Shown piece by piece: positions 1 through 13,509 of a DNA stretch of 64,000 bases. This stretch comes from the human T2T-CHM13v2.0 reference genome, Homo sapiens: assembly GCF_009914755.1 (NCBI RefSeq), contig NC_060934.1. The stretch is one strand, 5' to 3'. The notes below the pieces were generated by a model. That model searched no databases. It saw only the letters and a list, made by a program, of their open reading frames with translations, and was not told where the DNA came from. Position numbers and translations under genes: made by a program. Position 1 is the stretch's first letter. Each line of letters starts with the position of its first letter.

Positions 1-137
1 CGGTGTCTGCAGTGAACTACAACATGAACACTCTCATTAAGGTGTTTTCCCTCCCCAGCATCAGCTCCCCACTGTGTTGATGTGGGAACACCTGCCTGAT
101 CATTGGTTTTGAGGACATGCCACCAAATCATTTTTAA

Positions 138-618
138 AATTTTTTTTATTATACTCTAAATTCTGGGATACATGTGCAGAACATTCAGGTGTGTTACATA
201 GGTATACATGTGCCATGGTGGTTTGCTGCACCCATCAACTCGTCATCTACATTAGGTATTTCTCCTAATGCTATCCCTCCCCCAGGCCCCCTCCCCGCAA
301 ACAGGCCCTGGTGTGTGATGTTACCCTCCCTGTGTCCACGTCTTCTCATTGTTCAACTCCCATGTATGAGTGAGAACATGTGGTGTTTGGTTTTCTGTTC
401 CTGTGTTAGTTTGCTGAGAATGATGATTTCCAGCTTCATCCATGTCCCTGCAAAGGACATGAACTCATCCTTTTTTATGGTTGTATAGTATTCCATGGTA
501 TATATATGCCACATTTTCTTTATCCAGTCTACCCTTGATGGGTATTTGGGTTGGTTCCAGGTCTTTGCTATTGTGAATAGTGCTGCAATAAACATGTGTG
601 CATGTGCCTTGATAGCAT
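138..618 (-). mobile_element. 5'-truncated primate L1 (L1PA-type) 3' end
   Basis: L1 3'UTR and ORF2 C-terminus (ORF 353-625: MFIAALFTIAKTWNQPK...WIKKMWHIYTMEYY); perfect 13-bp TSD AAATCATTTTTAA at 125-137 and 619-631. Confidence 0.95.
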
Positions 619-1431
619 AAATCATTTTTAAGAAAAGCTGGAAATCCAGATTTCTATATGAAATTCACAGATTTTTTTTAGTACAGGAAACTTGTTCAGA
701 TTTCAGAAAATGACAATGCTATATGAACCAAACAATAAATTTCTTAAGGTAGTATCAGGCCTGTGGGCTACCAGATTGTGACCTTTGAGTCAAGGTTTCA
801 TCAGAAACCTTTTTGGCAAGGTTAGTCAGAGTTAATATATAAACAGAATGATGCTGAAGTTTATTGCAACAGTGGATTGTTTAAATAGACAGCCAACACC
901 AAGAATATCCTCAATATGCATTATAAGGATCATAACTATATATTTCTTTACACTTACCAATAGCCCAGGTCAGTAAAAAACCTTAAGGCTTTAGACTAAA
1001 GGCCATTATAAAACATTTAGAGACCAAAAATCTAATGCTGTCTGATCCTCAAAGTCAGTAGTGATATGGACACATACTATTGCATATTACCAGTATCCTC
1101 TTTCTATGAGGAATAACACATTCTTGTTTTAGGGAATTACTCTTCCTCCTCCCCATTCATGTAATTCCATTAGGAGCTGCCATGTTTTTACTTTACCTTG
1201 ATTTCCTGTTCACTATTGGCTGGTCTGGACCTTGGTGCCTGACCCAAAGCACACAGATCAGAACTCCTTGGGAAAGGGAGTCAGTCCCTCTCTGGTGGTA
1301 GGAGCTGGCAGCAGCTATGTGCAAGAAATTAGTCTGCAATGAAAGAAAAAAAAGCTTAGCTCACCTGCAGCTAGTAGAATGGTTATTTCCAAGCCCTTGC
1401 TGTATCCCTGCCCTACCTTTGGTGTGACTGT

Positions 1432-1690
1432 TTATGAAAAGATGCTCAATATCTTAGTCATTAATGAAATACAAATCAAAACCACAATGGGATACCATTC
1501 ACAAACGTTCAGGTGGCTATAATTTTAAAAAAAAGACTATTGTCTTTTTTTTAAAGAGTTGAGAATATGGAGAAATCAGAACCTACATTGCTTGTGAGGT
1601 TGTAGCATGGTTGCAGCCACTTTGGAAAACAGTTTGGAAATTCCTCAAAGCACAGAGTTACCGTATGACACAGCAACTCCACTCATAGGG

Positions 1691-1726
<36 letters not shown>

Positions 1727-1811
1727 GTGTATATATATGTGTGTATATATATGTGTGTATATATATGTGTGTATATATATATGTGTGTATATATATGTGT
1801 ATGTATATATA

Positions 1812-1865
<54 letters not shown>

Positions 1866-2090
1866 TATATACCCAAGCAAATTGGAAACATGTATATACA
1901 AAACTTGTACATGAGTGTTCACAGTAGCAGTACTCATAATAGCCCCAATGTGGAAACAACCCAAACGTTTATCTGCTGGTGAATGGACAAATATAATGCA
2001 GTAAATTCATACAATGGAGTATTATTCAGCCATAAAAGGAATAAAGTACTCATACATGTTCTACAATGTAGATCAACCTTGAAAGCATTA
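1432..2090 (+). mobile_element. old L1M (L1MB/MC-like) 3' fragment
   Basis: L1 ORF2-end/3'UTR motifs (caaatcaaaaccacaatg, gccactttggaaaacagtttgg, gtattattcagccataaaagga). Confidence 0.85.
1691..1870. repeat. compound (TG)n/(TA)n microsatellite inside L1
   Basis: ~180 bp of alternating purine-pyrimidine repeat at the L1 'ggtatatacccaag' site. Confidence 0.98.
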
Positions 2091-2602
2091 TCTGCTAGTA
2101 TCTCTTCAATGTTACCTCTTCACTAGTTTTTCTGTTCTCTGCTTCGGGCACTCTATTAAGTACATAGTAAAGTGTCTGGATGTGTCCTCTTCTCTTTGAA
2201 CTTTTCATTATTATTTTCATTCTCTTTGTCTTTGAGCTGCATTCTGGTTGATAAACTGACCTTCTCATTTACTCATCCACTCTTTGGCAGTAAAGAAGCT
2301 GCTATTAAGAGCTATTAAGAGCTCATCTGTTAATTTTAATAGCTGTGTCTTTTCATTTTAACATTTCTAGTTGGTGCTAGTGTCATAATGCATGTTCTGC
2401 TTTCAAACTTCCTCTTGTTTCATGGCTTTTATTCTCACCTAAATACTGTTAGGATTTTAAATAAATCCTTACTGGGGAGCTTGCCCTCTAGCCCAGTATT
2501 CACAGCTACCAAAAAATAAAAGTTTATGAATGGATTAAATCAAAATAAATATCCCAAAAGCTACATGCTTCTAGGGGAGGGAAAAGCAGAAATGCTCTCC
2601 TC

Positions 2603-3025
<423 letters not shown>

Positions 3026-4917
3026 TAGGAAGTTATTTTCCTTTTTCTCCCTTCAAACTGTGATTTAAAAGCACAAAGGACACATAAACGAAGAACTGTT
3101 TGTTGCTCTCAAAAGTTTGTAGATGAAATATTATAACAAAGCAGACTGAGACAAAAACATACGGAACACATTGATCATGACTCTTGGCATCCAGTAGTTT
3201 AATCTGAAGCTTAAATCTGTGATGCAAAACCAGTTACCATACATAAGAGAAGACTCTGTCTTTAACAGCTGAAGTCTGAGGTCAATAATCAGAGAGAATT
3301 GTACTCTGAATTTGGAAGAGATTTAATTAGCATTTTCCTTTTAATGGTTCTACTTTGCTACCCAAGCCTCACTGGGACAGTTTCTCAAGGCTGCATTGAG
3401 GAGCCACAAGTTTTGCTTTATTGTTGCTCAATATGGAATAAAACAAAACATGAAACAACTGGTTCTGATTAGGTGGAATGAACAGTTGGTCCTGCTAATG
3501 TGGAAGCATTCCATTACAGGCCAATTTCAGAGAAAAGCAGATGTACTGTTGCTCTGATAATTTCATCATTGCTAATTCTATTTCCCATTTCTCCTTATGC
3601 CCCCTGACATGGTATTTTACTCCATAAAGTTTTTCTTATGATTTGCTTTGTTCCTTCTTTCAGAGATGGAACATTTTGGAATAATCATTGACAAATGAGA
3701 CTTTAATCTGACACTGTTGAAATAGCATGGAGGGGAAATCACAGAACTGTTTAATTCCTAGGACTTTCTTAGCTTTTGGCTGTTTGAGTAACCTACCTCC
3801 TGAATTACTTTAAGAGTAATGAGTTTTGCTAGTGATAAATTGGCAGTGTTAACTGACAACCTTAAGTAGTTGTTTTTTGTTTTGTTTTCTTCCTTATGGA
3901 TCTTTTGGAAGAATTGCTCTGTCAAGATTTCCAGAGAAAACGAACTTAAGAAATAGGGAGCTTGCTTCACTTAATAGCCAGAGGCACCATCAGAATATGT
4001 TTGTTCACTGGAAAACCTGTATTGCAAGTAGCTTTTCATTGTGTTTGGGGGAAATTTTTTATGTCAAATAAATATGCAAAAATATTTGCTAAATCCTGTT
4101 GAAACCACAATTGAGGTTTCTAGTGATATTTCAAAAATCCATTTTGTTAGAAAATTTCTTGTGCAGTAAAAATGGATATATGTTCAATGTATTTATACTT
4201 TTCATCTATTTAAGTGGGCCACTGTACTATCCAACCCACTGGCCTTATACACCAGCTTAGAACACAGCTTTGCAAAGGTTTATTTTAAAGCCTGGGTGAA
4301 TCAAACATACCCATTACCCAACTTTCCCCTTCTAGTCTGTGAAGTAAACTGCTTCATTGAAACCTGAATGTCTTGAACTGATCCCCTTATTACACATTTG
4401 TTCTAAATGGTTAGTCAGTTTTAGAATTTTCCAAGTGATCATAGAAGTACCTCAAGCTTTCTGAGCACTTTGGATGTCTTTTGATTTGGCTCACAAACCT
4501 GGGATTACTCTGGTCTTGAATAGAACCACCAGGCTTGCACTAGAAGACTTAAATATTCCATTCAACGTATCAAACATGCACCAGACACTGTGCTAAATAA
4601 GAGAGATGGTAGGAACAGTCTCTGCCCAAAGTCCACAATAACCTCTCTCAACACTCTTCTTAAAATAGTCTTCCCCTGGTTTTGGCAACATGACAGACTG
4701 GGCTAATTCCAGGCAAAAACAAATATTCTTGTATTACATAAATTTCCCAACTACGTGCAAGTAGAGAGGAGCTGCATTATTTTAAAAACAAATACATAAC
4801 CTATGGGTTTCCATGAGAATTTCCACAAGCAATTATATATGGACATAGTGTAAGGCATGTAATAAGCATATAATAATAATGATTGAATACTAGTTCAGTG
4901 CCTTTTTTGCTTTAGAG

Positions 4918-5460
4918 GCTAGTCATTAGCTATTGCTGTATAATAAAAACTATCTCAAAACTAAGGGCTAAAACAACGACCATTTATTGTGGATCAAGAG
5001 TCTATTAATTAAACAAATGGTTCTAATTGTGGCTGGACTCACTCATATATAAGTGCAGTCAGCTGTAGTATATTTGTAAGCAGTTCTTCTGATTTTGGGG
5101 TGGGCTCTCTCACAGGTTTGGGAGTCAGCCAGATGGCTATTCTAGGATGGCCATGGATAGAATTCAGCTCTGCTCCATGTGGTCTCTTGGCCAGCATGGG
5201 GTTATTCACATGGCGGTCTCAGGGTTCCAATAGATAGACCAGAAGCAGACAAAGCCTCCCAAAGCCTAAGCTTGGAAATACACATCGTTGCTTCTACAAC
5301 ATCTTGTCCAGAGCAAATCATGAGGCCAACCTATATTCAAGGGAGTGGGGACACAGACTCCACCTCTTCATTGGAGGAGCTACAAAGTCACATTGCAAAG
5401 TGCTTGCACACAGGGAAGTTTGTATGATTGGGGCCAGCTTTACAATAAATCTACTATTAT
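4918..5460 (-). mobile_element. MLT1-type MaLR solo LTR
   Basis: tagctattgctgtataataaaaactatctcaaaact start; agctacaaagtcacattgcaaag...aaatctacta end. Confidence 0.7.
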
Positions 5461-6309
5461 GCCTTCAATTAATATGGGAGGATATGTGAAAGTAAGAGTT
5501 GATTTATAAGCAGCTAAATAATGATTTTATTTGAGGTTTCCGTTTCCATTAAATTTTAGGTTTAAAGTTTGTTCTTTTATTCTTCAATGGCATGCAGTAG
5601 AAATTGTAGCTAACAGGCAAATATATATATATATATATATAAAATAGGGATGTGAGATGGCTCAGAGAACCTAAGAATGAGCTTCAGCAAGGACAGGAAC
5701 TCTGAACCATCCAGAATCTAGACAGCAAGAACTCATAGTCCACTTAGGGTGCTGCCACTGAGATTCAGATTTCCTGGAGAGAGAGTCCAGTTGGCCTCTG
5801 AGTTAGGTGCCCTGATTTCGACAAGGGAGGACTATGCGCCTTGACTCTAAAGTCTCCCTAAGACTACATGCAAAGCAGCTGAACAGTTCTTGAAAGTAAA
5901 ATGAAATGCACTGCCAGATGAAGACAATTCAGGACAGTCAAATACAACAATGTGCTCTACAAAATTTAAACAGCTTAATCTTAGAAAAATAAGATAAATC
6001 AATCAATGGCTCAAGTCCCCCAGTGGTGTGGGCATGGAGGCCCCAACTGCCATTTCCCTCCTTACACCCCTCCCAATGGGTGACAGTTGGAAAGTAACTA
6101 GAGGCAAAGGATACGGATTATGCAAAGAAGGAAGGTAAATTAGATGGGGCTTTCCTCTACCAGTCAGTAGCAGAGACCATTTACTTCCTTAATTTAATTC
6201 TTTGTTTGCCCTGGCCTAGTCAAGGCATGCTTATAGAGAGCAGTCTTTGCTCTGCTTCAAAGATCAATGCAATTGTAATACCAAAGACAGTGGGAATGTT
6301 TCTTAACAG

Positions 6310-6740
6310 TTGTATAAGTTAAAAATGCTTCTGGCTGCTGGTGGCTTTACCCATAGGACAGTTAGTGTTACTAAGCAGGAATTCCCTAAGCAGTGGTCCC
6401 AGGGTGAGCCCAGCAGCTAACCAAAGTCCTCAAGGACCCCAGCTTCTCCTTTCTGTCCACTCCACTATCTCAGTGTGGCAGGAGTGTCTACCCTCATGGC
6501 TACAAGATGGCTGCTGCTGCTCCCAGCATTATGTCCTCACAGAACGGCTTTTCTAGCAGAAAGGAGAGAAAAGGGAACAAAAAAAGTGTTTGCTTTTCTT
6601 GCCTTTCTATGGCTACCACCCTTCAGAAGACTTTCCATTATATCTTATTAGCCAGAACATGAGCATCTTACCCCCATCCCTGTAGAAGGGAAACGAGACT
6701 GCCATATGGGCTTATACCAATTTTAGTTCATCCTCTCATG
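6310..6740 (-). mobile_element. ancient MLT1 (J/K/L-like) LTR
   Basis: caagatggctgctgctgctcccagcatt and atatcttattagccagaac motifs. Confidence 0.55.
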
Positions 6741-6749
6741 CTGGGCACA

Positions 6750-7420
6750 TTGCTACTTATGTCTACGTCCTTGGCACTTCACTCACGTTGGCCTTGTCTC
6801 TAATTCCAGCCCCAGCTGGAGTCAGGGTTGGCTTCTTGGGGAATGGGGCCTGTGAAGTTTCACAGGGCCTCTCATTTAGAAGGGCTCTGGGCTTGGTTTA
6901 ATGTTCTGCTCATGCCGCTTAGAAATTAATTTTTTTTTTAACAAAGAGCCCTAACTTTTCATTGTGCCCTGGGTCCTGGAAATTATCTAGCCAGTCCTGG
7001 TTTGGGAGGACAGTCTCATGTGGGCTTTGTCTCACTTCTCCATGGTAGCCTTTTGCTTTAAGCCTCTTGCTTTCTCTCCTGGGCTTCCCAGAAGCTACAG
7101 GCACCACTGGGCACTCAATCAGCTGGTAGACATAGACAGTTTGGAAGGGAAACTTTGACCAGTCAAGATGGGAACTGATGGAGGAGTACTCCTGGGGCCC
7201 ATCCTTCAAGGGCATGCCACATGATTCTTGGAAGGTCCTGGTGGTATTGAGCTCCAGTGTCCACAGCCGTGACCTTGATAACACACCCTTCTGTTGGCTT
7301 TTCTTCCTTCTCTGACCTGTCTCCCTAGTCCCTCATTTCTGGTCCCTGGATCATCTTCCAAATAAACACCCACATACTTGCCTTGCCTCAGACTTTGCCT
7401 TCAGGGGAAGCAAGTCTCAA
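6750..7420 (+). mobile_element. LTR16-like ERVL LTR, interrupted by MER45A
   Basis: 3' end cttccaaataaacacccacatacttgccttgcctcagactttgccttcagggga typical of LTR16. Confidence 0.55.
6823..6999 (+). mobile_element. MER45A hAT-Tip100 non-autonomous DNA transposon
   Basis: 177 bp, cagggttggct...agccagtcctg terminal inverted repeats, internal gcttggtttaatgttctgct. Confidence 0.8.
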
Positions 7421-7639
7421 ACGCCATCCAAATGAAACCAGTGTTTCTTCCGAGAAGAAAGGTGTATGAATATTTGCCCGTTGGATAAGCCACATCAACA
7501 GTGTCAGCCATAGTGCTTGTGGGTTCATAAAGAAGCCATCCCAGATCCTGTTTCCCTGACTCCCAAAACAGAAATCTAACATACATACTGTATACCAAAC
7601 ACAGTGGTTATTTTCAGGTATATTTTCTTATTTCACATG

Positions 7640-7790
7640 TACAACAGCCACTTGCAGTAGTTACTATTATCTCCATGTTACTGATGAGAATACCAGGGAT
7701 CAGAGAAGTTGAGTGACTTCCCCAAAACCAGGAAGTGGAAGACTAGGAATTTAAACACAGTTATTTGGGTATTCTTTCCACAACATCACC
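7640..7790 (-). mobile_element. MIR
   Basis: Antisense MIR core attatctccatgttactgatgagaa...agagaagttgagtgacttccccaa. Confidence 0.7.
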
Positions 7791-7914
7791 CTTCTGAAAG
7801 GAAATACATTTGATCTATAGGCCAACTAGCTGGCACTTTGGGGAGGTGGGTGCAGCTTGGCTTTGGGCTTTGTGGCTTCTCAAAAAATATAAGCACTTCC
7901 TAAGCAGAAAAAGC

Positions 7915-8213
7915 AGACTGGGCATGGTGGCTCATGCTTGTAACACCAGCATTTTGGGAGGCTAAGGCGGGCAGATGGCTTGAGTCCATAAGTTTGAGAC
8001 CAGTCTGGGCAACATCATGGTGAAACCCCATCTCTACAAAAAAAAAAATTGAAAAATTAGCCAATTGTGGTGGCCATGTGCCGCTAGTCCCAGCTACTTG
8101 GGAGGCTCAGGTAGGAGGATCACTTGAGCCTGGGAAGTTGAGGCTGCAGTGAGCCATGATTGTGCCATTACACTACAGCCTGGGCAATACAGTGAGAACC
8201 TGTCTCAAAAAAA
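7915..8213 (+). mobile_element. AluJ
   Basis: Full dimer with J-type diagnostics (ggatcacttgagcctgggaagttgaggctgcagt). Confidence 0.95.
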
Positions 8214-8339
8214 GAACATCTAGAGATCAGGTAGGTATGCCAGCAAAACTTTCCTCTCGGCTTTTGGTCCCTGTATTGCAGTTTTCACAGTAGGGTTTCA
8301 GGAGCAGAGGGTTGTGGCTAGCACAGTTCTCATGTGTTT

Positions 8340-8660
8340 TCTTTAAACCAGTAGCAACCTGGCAACTACATTTTCCAAGCCTGGCTAGACAGATCATTCT
8401 ATTCTGCTTTGCTGCATTCAAGGGAGTATCCTGCCCCTTCAGACTCGGGGCTGTGTAGCAGACTACATTTACAGAGTGTTCTGGATAATGCGGTCAGGCA
8501 AACATTTGAAGAAGCAGATCGCAGACTACAGGGACACTACTGTTTTTTTCCAGGACAAGCTGGGAAAAGAAATTGGACGCTAGTCCAGACGACGTCGCAG
8601 TATTAGCCGAATTGGTAAAGGGTGCCAATGCCTCACTGGCAGTCGGGGACATGACTGAAG
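8340..8660. promoter_or_regulatory. candidate CpG-retaining promoter/enhancer with ZNF143-like and RFX-like motifs
   Basis: Non-repeat sequence; 9 CpG in ~8440-8650; ACTACATTT motifs at 8365 and 8462; GTAGCAACCTGGCAAC at 8351-8366. Confidence 0.35.
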
Positions 8661-8863
8661 AAAGAACTGTAACATTATTCTTAAAAGGTGGTATTTTTAG
8701 CACATAGATATACTAAGGTATAACCCTCTTCTGTGGAGCAACACAGAATGGAAATTTGCTCGGTATCAAATTGCTACCACATGATGAAGAATTAAAGTGA
8801 GTTAAAAATCTATAAATTATATATATAACTTTAGAGAATTTTCCAGTAAGTGCCCTCAGATTT

Positions 8864-9030
8864 ATTTTTATTTTCTTTTTTAGAGAGAAAGTCTTAGGTC
8901 TGTCACCCGCAGTGGAGTACAAGGGTGTGATCATGGCTCACTGCAGCCTCCAACTCCTGGGCTGAAGTGATTCTTCCACCTCAGCCTTCTGAGTAGCTGG
9001 GACTACAGGCATATGCCACCACACCCAGCT
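8864..9030 (-). mobile_element. Alu right-monomer/FRAM-like fragment
   Basis: Antisense Alu right arm only. Confidence 0.85.
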
Positions 9031-9071
9031 ATTCTTTATTTTAATCATGTACACAAATTACCTTAGTATTC

Positions 9072-9365
9072 TTTTTTTCAGATAGAGTCTCACTCCTGTT
9101 TCTCAGGGTTGGAGTGCAGTGGTGCAATCCCAGCTCACTGCAGCCTCAACTTCCTGGGCTCAGGTGATTTTCCCACCTGAGCCTCCTAAGTAGCTGAGAC
9201 TACAGGCACGTGCCACCATGCGTGGCTAACTTTCTGTATTTTTTGCAGACATAGGGTTTCACCCTGTTTCCCAGGCTGGTCTCAAACTCATGGACTCACT
9301 TCCTATCTGCTTGCCTTGGCCTCCCAAAGTGCTAAGATTACAGGCATGAGCTACCAGGCCTGAAC
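9072..9365 (-). mobile_element. AluJ
   Basis: Full antisense dimer. Confidence 0.95.
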
Positions 9366-9385
9366 TCCATGCCTCGTGTCAGTAT

Positions 9386-9688
9386 ATATATATATATATT
9401 TTTTTTTTTAGCAGGGTCTCACTCTGTTGCTCAAGCTGGAGGGCAGTGGTTTGGTCATGCTCACTGTAGCCTTGACCTCCTGGGCTCAAGCAATCCTTTT
9501 GGCTCAACCTCCTGAGTAGCTGGGACTATAAGGAGTGCACCACCAAATCCAGCTAATTTCTTATTTTTTGTAGAGGGGATATCTTGCTATGTTGCCCAGG
9601 CTGCTGTTGAATTCCTGGGCTCAAATGATCCTCCTGCCTCAGCCTCCCAAAGTGCTGGGATTACAGGCATGACGCACCACGCCTGGCC
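9386..9688 (-). mobile_element. AluJ with (TA)n at tail
   Basis: Full antisense dimer; TCAGTAT at both flanks (9379-9385, 9689-9695). Confidence 0.95.
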
Positions 9689-10144
9689 TCAGTATTCTTA
9701 ATATAAGATAAAATCTGGGATATCCCCACCTCTTGCTGATTTTCTTACATTAATTTCCCTAAGTTTCTTCCCTGACTGTCATGTAAAGATACCTAACAAG
9801 AAATGGTCTGAAACTTTTGTTGGTTGCATCCCCCATCAATGAAAACTTTGCACATAGATCTCCAATATATATTTATATATTTACAAATTATCTGTCTGTA
9901 CTACTATATTAATATTTATGCACAATAAAAAGCCAGAATTAAATTTCAAAGGATAAGATAAAGATTAAACTATCTTAAAATGACATAAAAACTAGTAAGA
10001 GTGCAAAAGCAACTGCTTTTGCTAAAGAGTAATTTGATTAAATGCACTTCTCTCTTTAAAAAAAAACCATGATTCATCACTGTGATACATTGATACTGGT
10101 CCAAAATTTTGGACCAGTTCATTTTATTGCAATATTCTTAAAAC

Positions 10145-11480
10145 ATTTTTTAATTGAGGCTTCATTTCAGGGTCTTTTTTAGCATATTCACAAAGTTATG
10201 TAAACACCACACTATAATTTTATAATATTTTCATCACCCCAAAAAGAAACCCATATTCATTAACAGTCACTGTTATTCCTCTCTACCCCTACCCCCTGGC
10301 AACTACGTATCTATTTTCTGTATCTGTGGGTTTGCCTATGGTGGACATTTCTCATAAATCATGCAATATGTGGCTTTTTGTGCCTGGCTTCCTTCATGTA
10401 ACAATGTTTTTGAGATTCATCCATGTTGTGGCATATATCAGTACTTTATTTCTTTTTATGGTCAACTACTATTCCACTGTGTGGACAGACCACAAGTTCC
10501 TTATCTCTTCATTAGTTAATGGACATTTAGGTTGTTTCTACTTTTTAGCTATTGTGAATAATGCTGCTGTGAACACTTATGTACAATTATTGTGTGGACA
10601 TTTGTTTTGATTTCTCTTGAGTATATACCTAGGAAGGGAATTGCTGGGTCATATGCTAACTCTATGTTTAGCCATTTAAGGAACTGCCAGACTGTTTTAG
10701 AAAGTGGCTGCACCATTTTACAATTCCAACAGCAATAGATGAGGGTTCTAATTTCTCCATATCCTTGCCATTACTTGTCATTGTCTGTCTGTTTGATTAT
10801 AGATATCTTAGTGGATATGAGTGGTATCTCATTGTGGCTTGATTTATATTTCCCTAATTACTTATGATGTTGGACATCTTTTCACAGGCTTATTGAACAT
10901 TCATGTATCTTCTTGGAGAAATATCTATTCAAATTCTTTGTCTATTTTTAAATTGTTATTTGTCTTTAAATTATTGAGTAGTATGAGTTCTTTATGTATT
11001 CTGGCTTCTAGACCTTATCAGATATATGATTTATAAACATTTTTCCCATTCTGTGGGTTATTTTCACTTTCTTGATAGTGACCTTTGAAGCACAAAAGTT
11101 TTCATTTTGATGAAGTCCAATATACCTATTTTTCTTTGGTTGCTTGTGCTACTGGTATCATATCTAAAAAAACAGTGCCTAATTCAAAGTCAGGAAGATT
11201 CATATCTATACTTTCTCTTAAGAGTTTTATAGCTTTAGCTCTTACATTTAGATCCCTATCTATTTTGAGTTAATTTTTGTAATGTGGTATGTAGCAGGGG
11301 TTCAAATTTATTATGAGTGTGGATTGCCAGTTGTCCTGGCACATTTGTTGAAAATACTATTCTTTCCCCATTGAATTTTTATAATACCCTTGCCAAAAAT
11401 CAACTGACAATAAATACACGTGTTTCTTTTTGGACTTTCACTTTCATTCCATGGGTCTATAGGTCCTAATACTTGGTTTT
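10145..11480 (-). mobile_element. L1MB-type 3' fragment
   Basis: Antisense L1 3'UTR and ORF2 end (gaattgctgggtcatatg, gaactgccagactgtttt, agtggctgcaccattttaca). Confidence 0.9.
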
Positions 11481-11975
11481 TAATGTATGTCACAGCTGAA
11501 AAGATAACTTAAAAGATTCATAGATCATATACAAAAATGAATCATTGTCTATCTTTACTAATCATTTTCTGTCACTTCCATCAATTCTGGAAATGTTTGG
11601 CTGGAGATCTGGCTGGCGAGTTTCCACCTTCTATGTTGTCTGAGTTGTTCTTGCAAACCAATAGTATAAGGTATTGCATTTTTTTCTTTGTAACATATAT
11701 ACTAAACCCGGTAAAGCTTTTCCTTTAGAAGATTTTTGAAACAAGTTAGCAAATTCTTTTTTTTTTTCCCCCAGTTTTCAAAAGTGCAACTATGAGAGTT
11801 TTTAAAAGGTGTTACATGTTTGTAATTTTAACAAAAAAGACTACAGGACAATGAAAACATTTCCAAACATTAATTTACAAAATAATCTTTTCATAGCTCA
11901 AGTTTGTGTGTTGTTTAAAGAGGACTTAATTTTTTCTGAAAAGCTTGTACTAGGAAGTATTAGAAGTGTCAGCTC

Positions 11976-12269
<294 letters not shown>

Positions 12270-12291
12270 TCAGCTCTTCAGTTTTATTGGT

Positions 12292-12682
12292 TGTGATGGC
12301 TAATACTGAGTGTCAACTTGATTGGATTGAAGGATGCAAAGTGTTGATTCTAGGTGTGTCTGTGAGGGTGTTGCCAAAGGACATTAACATCTGAGTCAGT
12401 GGGCTGGGGAAGGCAGACCCAACCTTAATTTGGGTGGGCATCATCTAATCAGCTGCCAGGGCAGCTAGAATATAAGGCAGGCAGAAAAACATGAAAAGAC
12501 TAGACTGGCCTACCTTCCCAGCCTACATCTTTCTTTTGTGTTGGATGCTACCTGCCCTTGAACACTGGACTCCAAGTTCTTCAGTTTTGGGACTTGGACT
12601 GGCTTTGCTTGCTCCTCAGCTTGCAGATGTCTTATTGTGGGACCTTGTGATCATGTGAGTTAATACTTAATAAACTCCCCTT
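12292..12682 (+). mobile_element. MLT2A-type (HERV-L) solo LTR, 3'-truncated
   Basis: tgtgatggctaatactgagtgtcaacttgattggattgaaggatgcaaagt start; ends at aataaactcccctt. Confidence 0.85.
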
Positions 12683-12769
12683 TATCATTTTGGTGGTTAT
12701 TCTTGGAATTTAACATATAGACTTAAAGTATAAATTTGGTGAATACATTTCACTTTTTAAAAGTACTTT

Positions 12770-13080
12770 GCCTGGTGCAGTGGTTCACACCTGTAATCCC
12801 AGCACTTTGAGAGGATCAGCTAGGAGGATGGCTTGAGCCCAGGAGTTTGAGAACAGCCTGGGCAACACGACAACACCAATCTTTACAAAATGTTTAAAAA
12901 TTCACTGGGTGTGGTGGCAGGCAACTGTAGTCACAGCTACTCTGGAGGCTGAACTGAGAGAATCACTGGAGCCCAGGAATTCAAGGCTACAGTGAGCCAT
13001 GATCATGACACTGCACTCTAGCCTGGGGAACAGAGCAAGACTCTGACTCAAACAAACAAAAAACAAACAAACAAAAAAAA
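12770..13080 (+). mobile_element. AluJ with (AAAC)n tail
   Basis: Full dimer, embedded in degenerate L1ME-like sequence. Confidence 0.95.
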
Positions 13081-13509
13081 CCTTAGAATGCCTGACTCTC
13101 AAAACAGCCACCTCTAGGGTATATACTATTATTGTCCAGCCTTTTATTTCTTTCTTACTCTTTTTACCCCTAAAATGAAACATTAATTTATATTTACCAT
13201 GGGCAATGTTTATGTTATGAACATTTTTCCCATCTACATATATTACTGCTGCTTGGGATTTATTCGGCCTTCTAAACCTGAATCATTCATTAGTCCTGAC
13301 AAACTTTCAGCCTTTATCTCTTTGAATATTTTGTGTCACTCATTCTCTCCTTTATTTCACTCTAGAAATCTGATAAAACATAAATTGGCCCTTCTCCTGC
13401 TACCCTCCCCATCTCACTGTTTTTTTTCTGTGTTATCTCATTGTCTCTCTGGGCTGCGTTCTGAGTACTTTTTTCAGATTAGTCTTCTAGCTCACCATTT
13501 CTTCACCAG

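Noticed and set aside
1607-1982. Six overlapping ORFs rich in CV/YI/HT
   Set aside because: Translations of a stop-free (TG)/(TA) microsatellite, not genes.
3640-3795. Strong-looking splice acceptor (ttgttccttctttcag, ending 3663) and a possible short exon
   Set aside because: No open frame, weak donor and no partner exons; such motifs occur by chance. It cannot be supported without RNA data.
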